Below, piece by piece: positions 37,897-45,559 of a stretch of 45,559 nucleotides of DNA. The position numbers and the translations under genes were made by a program. The notes beneath the pieces were generated by a model, which made no database searches, was not told the origin of the DNA, and was given only the letters and a program-made list of their open reading frames with translations. Position 1 is the first letter of the stretch. Every line of letters starts with the position of its first letter. The DNA is from Phoronis australis. Taxonomy: Eukaryota; Animalia; Phoronida. The stretch is from NCBI GenBank assembly GCA_002633005.1, contig NMRA01000965.1:1-45559 (forward strand), written 5' to 3'.

Positions 37897-38358
37897 GAAA
37901 ATGAGCCGTCCTCGCCTATGGACAGCAATAGAAATCAGGTGGCACTGTGTGCCGCGTGCGACAGGTTTTCAAAATGACATGACGCATTTCAAGTAAATCT
38001 ATGATAGATAGAACTGTGCGGCACACGGCAAAAGCTGGTATAGACCGGGTACGTTGAGCAAGTGTTTTTTGCATGCCGGAGCGGGTACTCGACACATCTC
38101 TCGGCTGATATAAACCATGTACTATACGCTAGATGCTACCACACCACTATACGCAAACCATTAATATACATGTAACGCCTAAACAGTCTACAACACACCT
38201 ACCAGCGTTGGAACAATCTTGCAGCTCCTACAAAAATAAACCCATTACGTTTTAAATGACAATTTGGTTATGTTAAATGTCAAGACGACTATATGTACCA
38301 TTATATTTGAGACAATGGCAACGAACAACAATGTATAACAGTGCCTACACCGACTATA

Positions 38359-38564
38359 CATGTGCACGCCGAGGGTGTGTGGGGGGGGGGTGCGAAACAA
38401 AAAGTCCGAAAGTAGAAAACGAGACAAAAGTCCACTAAAAAGGGAGGAACTACCAAAATTCGGCGAATGCACAATTCATAGCTCTGAACGTACCTCGTTT
38501 TTTCAGTAAAACTTCCACATTCTCAAAAATTCGAGCCCCCATTTTTAGACTGGGTGCGGGCATG
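38359..38564. mobile_element. MITE, same family as 6168-6423
   Basis: CATGTGCACGCC...CTGGGTGCGGGCATG; shared aaacaaaaagtcc, agaaaacgagacaaa and aaattcgagccccca. Confidence 0.7.
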
Positions 38565-41500
38565 GACTAACTATTAAAAATAGTTGCATTAACAATAGGT
38601 TTCTGAGTGTAAGGTACATGTATCATATGGTTAGGAGAACAAACTCCTCTTGGTGAAACTTTTCTTAACTTGATGACATACATGATCCTTCAATACATCG
38701 CTCATTTTCTGTTGTTTTCCGGGACGTAAAATAAATTTTCTATAAGTGTTCCTATACTAACGGATGTGGAGGCAAACTTTAGGTCAAATTAGAGGTCGTG
38801 GCTCAGATGGTCTAAAATCAGAAGAGCCCACCTGTCACGACGGACATCATTTGAAATATATGAGCATTGCTGTATCTCCACCTTTTGATATTATATGATG
38901 TCCTAATGTAAGAATAATATCAATAATAAGTAACAATTTCTCAATGAATTAAGTTAAAAGGGAATTCCGCCATTGTTTAGGTTCCAGTTTTGAATTCTTA
39001 TCGGAACTGAAACTTTGGGATAAACAAATATTATCACACTCATACTGTAGGCCTAATAAGTACTGATGCACTCTGTGTTAGTAGTTTGACTGTATTCGCC
39101 ATCTGTTGGTGGTTTACAGCGTCTTTCTCCCACGTGACCAATTCTTCAATGGAATTTTGCATAAATTATGGAAAACTGTTTGGCAGAGCATGGTTTATAG
39201 CTGTAACACGCCACTTTGTATTTCAACGCATTTACCGATAAGTTTACTTTTCTAGTTTCGTCGTGATTTATGCCGCAAATTGGTGTAAGTATATTGTAGG
39301 CCCTACTTAGTTTTGTAATATGGTCAGAACTTCAACGTAATTATAATGCGTATTCTGTACCTTTATTTATCGTTGCCTCAAGTAGCTTGACGTTTGTTTG
39401 ATTAAGTATATATGCATAGTTAAACATTAGTATTGTAACTTTGTAAGCGACCAACGCATTGTTCGATTGTCTCATGTAACGTTTTTTGTATGTTACAGTG
39501 TAACCGAGCAACTACAAGTTTACAGTGTTTCAACGCAACTCATGCTCGCGTTCATCCACGTGGGCCTAACGATTTTCGCGACCACACATCCAATCTTATA
39601 TTGTTGCCAAACAGGCGGAGTTTAAAACACTGGCATTGTGCTTATGCCCAGTAGTGCCGTCCCGGATTACACAGCGACACTCGATTGTCGCTATATTTAC
39701 CCACAATGCAGTTTTGTATTTTGCCATTGGAGTTCTACATGCTCTTTGTTGTGGTCGTTTCCTTTACATGCTTTTCTTGACTGCATTACTATTTTCGTCA
39801 TTCCAGTGCCAATTTCGTATTGTTATTGTGCTGTGGGATGCAGTCCCGACGGGAAAAAATTGGATCAACTTGACAAATATCTGTGGATACGTGATACAAG
39901 TTCGTCGTGTCAATCAAAGGAAATGCGGAGCGAGTGAATTAAGCAAGTTCGTCACGTTAGTTGAGAATGGAACATAATCCCCTTCGTTGAAGATAACTTT
40001 TAATTCTGGTGTTTTTACATGGTTGAAATCCGAAATATTTCCACAGCCGTACATGTACACATTGTCGGTTTTCGACACGACCTGTCAAGATATGCCTGAC
40101 ATACCAAAACTAAATCCAGGACAAGGAACAGTTCTATAGGTATGTAATCCAGGACGGACCTATTCTGTAATTTGTAAATTTAGGGTTTCCTCCACCCCAA
40201 TATACTCTGCAGTACTTTTTTCTGCCGGTGATGATGTTCCTGACTTCTGATTGACTTTGGTACCTTATATAAAATGCCCCACGAACTTATTCCTGCACGT
40301 ATTGCAGTGTTTCTAGAGGAATTACACGTGGTGTGATTATTGGGTAAGAATTAGGCTGTTGTGGCTTTTAGATTAAGCCGCATGCTATTCGCTAATATGT
40401 AAGTTGAATGCGTTGTTTATGTTTGTGATAACTTTTGTGGAAATAAGTGAAGCTATGTCTACTTATGGAATTCTAAGTCTCAGTAGGCAACGCGTGCGGG
40501 TTTTACGCGTTTAGGAGTGAACGCGTGCGGGTTTACGCTTGAGCATGTACATGCTTTATACGTTTACACGTTAGGCAAAGTTATAAATTGATGCGGCTTC
40601 CGCTTCTCGAGCCAATGAACAGAGGCACTATATTCACATCAACGATTGCATAATTGATACGCCCACTTGACCTCCCCACCACGAGAATGGCAGACAGGTG
40701 GCGTTTTGAGGGAACTGCAGGGACTTCATATCCACTTCACCTACAGATAAGTTCGCCTACAGACAAGTTACACGAATTTTACCGACAAAAATCAAATAGC
40801 AAAGTCAATATAATATAAGTTACGTTTTATTATTAACAGTGTTTAACAAACAAATGCAGAAAACAACTGGAAAGCACTTGAAGATGCTTTAACTCCAAGT
40901 GTGGGACTACTGAAATCGTCTCAGAAAATTTGAAAAAATTGTCTGGGTTGTTTCCTGTCCGGTCCCCGGGGTACCTGTTTTAAAGGTCAGGGTTCGTGTT
41001 TTTGGGCTGGTTTAGCAGTTTTGAAGATGCGGGGGTCTGTTTTCGACTCCGGGGTATCTTTTTCACCAGGATTCCAATATCGATGGAACACCCTGGTATG
41101 TGTTTCCAGTTGAATCCTACTATTAGTACTCAATCAAAACGACAATAACGTTTTAGCACGTGACAGAAGGGTGATTGGTTAAAATCGCTAAAACGGAGTT
41201 TAGTGTCTTTTTAAAAATCAAAGTATTTTTTGTGCGGCAAATCGCATTTACAATTTTTGTATTATGGCAACATTGAAACGCCTCTGTTTATTTTATATGC
41301 TTAAAAACGATTTTTAAAACTGCATCATGGGCATTCACTACGCGTGACGTTAGTGTGACTTACAGTGTTGGCGTCGTTCGTGGCGCAGGCATCGAATTGT
41401 TGACGTCATCATCGGAGCTGATGTCAATGCCAGTACCATTACTGATGTCTCCTCGAGATGTCGGTACCGTGACACGGTATCATGTAACTCATAGCGGAAT

Positions 41501-42898
41501 TAAATTTGCAATTCTTGCAGATTGGAACACTTGTGTATGATGAAAAGGAACACTGACATCTGCCAATGACCACAAGTCAACTGATTAACGGTTGCGATAA
41601 ACGATACTGCAAATTTTAGGCCTATTCACCAATACACTAACATCAGAAATGAACTCTACGTCCCAGCCAACACATGAATCAATGCATTGCAGGATGATAT
41701 AAGTCAACAAGTTTAAAGTTGAAATTGTTTGCTTATTCCTTAACTCTATGATTGCTTGATCAAATTAGTCGGAAACACGACATACAGTGACCACGTGAAC
41801 ATGATGTAAGTTGAAAATTGCCAAATGTTTTTGTTGAAAATGATCCGCGTTAAATCACTCAACCCTGTATGATAATTATCGTGACGTGGTGTTGGGGAAA
41901 TAACACTGCATGATGCGAGCTATGTGAGCCCCCAAGCTACGTCATTACTGAAAAGATCGTCTACTTTGAAGAATTTTTTGATTTCACATTTACAAGTTGT
42001 CAATGAATACATTTTACTGTACTTTGTTTAGCTTACATGTACTGTTCAAACAGCATTGTCGTTCAGTCACTGCTGTAAATTAGCATAATTAGGATCTTTA
42101 AAAGATCGACATTAATAAGAAGATATTCTGATTCGTAAATTGCACCAAATCGAATGAAGACAAAATTTGCTTAAAGATGTATTTGCATGCTCCTAACTTT
42201 GCTAACCTATAGCGCGAACTAAACGGCAATGCTGTTTCAAAATACTCTACTCTAAACAAAGTGCAGTTGTATTCATTGACTATTTGGAAACACGAAAACA
42301 AAAAATTCTGCACACGGGTTAAATTTGTACTAATGACGTACTTCGCGGGCTTACATAGCCCACATCATGCAACACATCACGACTATTTACCGGACACGTT
42401 TCAGTGATTAGTGGTGTATCATTTTCGCCACAAAACTTGTTCTTAAAAACATTTGGCAATGTTAGACCTACTTCATGCCCACATCGTTGCTACAGTGCAT
42501 ATGTTGTGTTACCAACTACATGTAATTTGGCCAAGTAATCGCAGACGTATGAATAATTGCCCTGCAGGTTACACTTTAAGAGTCCAACAGCATCATTTCG
42601 GAGCAATATGCTTCTGCACTTCGAGCAAATGTTCACAACTACTTTAAGACGAATATTCAAACTGTTTCCTTTGTAAAACTTACCTGATGTTAAAAATATA
42701 TGATATTCCACATGTTTATTTACTTGTCAATTTAATTCATTTCTCGTACTCAAAAGTATGTGACAAATCACTCGACCATGATGCCATTTGCCTGTTTTCT
42801 TCTGGAATAGTTTCTCTTAGTTGGTCCAATATCATTGGTTCATCATGGCATTTCAACGCCCTGAACGTGACCGAGAGATTGATGTACAGTTTACTTAC

Positions 42899-43183
42899 CC
42901 TCCAGCCGAATAAAAATCCGCCACTTTTTGGTACGCTCTGCGTTGCATTGCAAGTTGAACAAACAGTTTTTAAGTTGCAATACAGGAAGGCTATACAGGC
43001 AGGATTCACGGAACAAACGTTGGAGCAATCGATGAGCGAAGATACTCGCACAGCTGCATTTCCCGGACATGTTGTTGCAGAAGTTTTCTCTACATGAAAT
43101 TTGCTGCGTGTCACCGCTTCATTTACCGTGAAACAAAATCGCATATTCAGAAATATGACAGCTAACAAATTGAGTTTGATCAT
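42899..43183 (-). CDS. First coding exon: signal peptide + PAN/apple-like domain
   Basis: MIKLNLLAVIFLNMRFCFT hydrophobic start; SSLIDCSNVCSVNPACIAFLYCNLKTVC (C-x3-C-x5-C-x-A-F-x-Y...C) PAN core; strong donor AGG|gtaagt, phase 0. Confidence 0.82.
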
Positions 43184-43849
43184 CGCCACGGACCAAGCGT
43201 TACTGAGATTCACCTGGGCATAACTTGAGGATTAGAATTATATTTAATCATAATCTGACTCGAGTTACCACTACAGTAATAAAATACAAACAACTATTAT
43301 GTTCTCAGCAGCTCAAACAATTGAAGGTCCATACCTTATGTCAACTGTGTAGGGAATAATATGGCAATTGACATTTTCCGAACTTTTTAGAATCAACGTA
43401 ACGTGTCACAAAACGATGCTCCATCGTTGCTTCGATCAATGAAGTTATCACGAAAGCCTGACATGTACGCAATGCTATTATCAAGGAATTCACATGGACA
43501 AAAATTTTCAATGAATCAACAAAAATTACAGTATTGTCCACAAGCCTAATATGTTTGATCTTTATAATGCAAGAAATGCGTCCCTCTACTTTGAACAATT
43601 GAGAACTGTGATTCTGTTTAAAGTATAATATTAATGCCCAAGAACAGCATTATTGCTTTCCAAAGCCACGTTATATGTTTCGTGTTAAAAATCATTGAGA
43701 TTCTACACAGGCCTCCTTGCCCTTCAAATTAACGTCGGGTCGGCCATCTTGGATGACAGCGGTACAAGTCACGAGTTTAAGTGCTTATGAATTATTTTCA
43801 CTATTGTACTACTGCAAAACGTAGTAACTCATGCTATTTTACACTATTT

Positions 43850-44560
43850 AAGGTAGGTGTATACACTGATCAAATCTCCAGATTCCTAACTAAAATGAGT
43901 AAAAAGGGAGTTTTAACTAGTTAGGCATGACTCTGAAAGTGACAAAAATCGAAAAAAAAAGTTTTTTTTGTAGTTCTTTTTTTTAAAAATCGTATTTTTT
44001 AATTTTAAAAAATTCAATTTTACCTCCAATTTGTTTTTTCAAAATGCACAGGGATCATCATCAACTGTTTCCTTACGCAATATTCTACTTATCCATACCA
44101 AATATATGTACAAAATCATTATGAACTTGATTTTGTGGCATTTTTTGTGTGTGAGTTGGGGCAAGCACGCCACTTTTTGTCATTTGGTCACTTTCCGTCT
44201 AATAACTAAAAATCTGGTCCATTTATCAAAAAACCCTGGCACGCGATTTTACTTCAGTCCAAGAGGATTTCAAATTTGCAACTTTCGTAAAAATTGACCC
44301 ACGTGTTGTGGAAAAATAGGCCCGAGAATCTTGTCACTATCCTGAAATCACGAGCCGAGAAAAACGGCTTTGAAGTTAAGCGGTCATCGATTGCCACTTG
44401 AGATCAAATTTCGTTCAGAATGCGTGGTCATTATGTTCCAATTTTTGTTGAAGTACTAGAAATAAAGCTGATATTTACTTCATATTTAGAAAATGTAACA
44501 TATCTGTTTTTTACAGCGTAATTTTAATCATTTTTTCGAACTTGTGAAGCACGACAGACG
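43850..44560. mobile_element. Possible remnant of a non-autonomous DNA transposon
   Basis: Starts TTAA|GGTAGG; A/T-run-rich interior resembling the Kolobok-like element; no matching right TIR found. Confidence 0.25.
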
Positions 44561-45559
44561 ACCAAAACAAATATGGCTGTCACGTGGGCGGAACTTAGCG
44601 TTGATCTATTGTCTGCTGTACTGGTGTTCCGACCACACATTAAAACCATGTGTTGATTGTTTATACGATTCATATGAACTCTCCATTCAGTTAGTAAAAG
44701 ACTCTCTAACTATATTACACAGACCTACATGTATTTGTTAGTATTCCAATATTATCATCAACCAATATATGTGTTATATCAAATCGCCGCGTTACTGCCT
44801 ACATAACAATATTGGCAACGAGGATAAAGAACTACTTTCATAGTAATGGTTCAACGTTTTTACGTGCCTGTACCGAATGGACTTTGGGATAAGAAAATAT
44901 CACTTTCTGCGCAAATAGCGTCGCTTGGGTGAGATTCTCAAGTTACTAAAGTTTCTCTAAAATCGTATAATATCATGAGTTTTAATGGGGCTATTCGGAA
45001 AATCTACAATAACTAGAGGGCGTGCGTGTACTAGTGGTGATAGATTACCACCCTCGATTTCGCGAGCCCTTTAAATACATGGTGAAATGGCTTGCAGCCG
45101 TGCCAACTGAATCTGAGATTGAGTAAAAAGAGTGCTTCTATGAGAGGAAGTAAGCACGACCTCGTGCAAAGGTAAGGTTTGTGATTATTTTAACGATTAT
45201 TCCATGATTATTCTACCGATGCCTGTCAACTGAGGCACTCGCCGATGTCGACTTCGCGGCAGTCGGTCGTCAGCCAGAGTCTGGTTAATCTTTGTACGTG
45301 GTGATATGTGATACGATACTTGACGTAGCAATCGGGATCTTTTCGTACATCAAAGCATTATTATTGTTTGGAATGATTTCTAAAAGTTTATCAGTGACAG
45401 CTACATCAATCAATGCTGAATGTTTATGCTATCAACTCGATACAGGTTAATGAAGATTACAATCCAATCCCAATGGCAGAGGCCAGAGGGTACGTGAGTG
45501 ATAAATATCCATTGCATTAGACTATTTGTTTACTCCCTATCATATGTCTTCTGGAAATC

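Noticed and set aside
1-45559. CRISPR array, prokaryotic operon or defence system
   Set aside because: No regularly spaced short direct repeats with unique spacers and no gene-dense ORFs; the sequence is spliceosomal-intron-containing animal DNA.

Overview
AT-rich, intron-rich animal DNA, most likely from a marine invertebrate; there is no prokaryotic operon or CRISPR signal. Most listed ORFs are spurious, and the real coding signal is a set of minus-strand exons recovered by reading splice sites. (1) A multi-exon gene encodes at least three tandem, divergent CTHRC1 C-terminal-like domains with no visible collagen repeat. It is built from a repeating exon cassette A(phase 1>0)-B(0>1)-C(1>1): 18564-18455, 18153-17949, 16019-15852, 10193-10099, 4144-3931, 2619-2461, 2322-2222, and it probably continues past the left edge. 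It may be headed by a signal-peptide + PAN/apple exon at 29972-29621. (2) A second signal-peptide + PAN/apple exon (43183-42899) lies upstream of a large fibrinogen-related domain (FReD) terminal exon (35467-34845). Together these suggest a cluster of secreted PAN-headed proteins carrying different C-terminal modules. Introns and intergenic DNA hold a decayed CR1-type LINE, a TTAA-flanked Kolobok-like element, Helentron/HINE-like elements, MITEs, a fold-back palindrome and a tRNA-derived SINE head. Two tandem duplications are each joined by a single N (3382 bp and 429 bp) and are probably assembly artefacts. All calls are by eye; no database searches were run.
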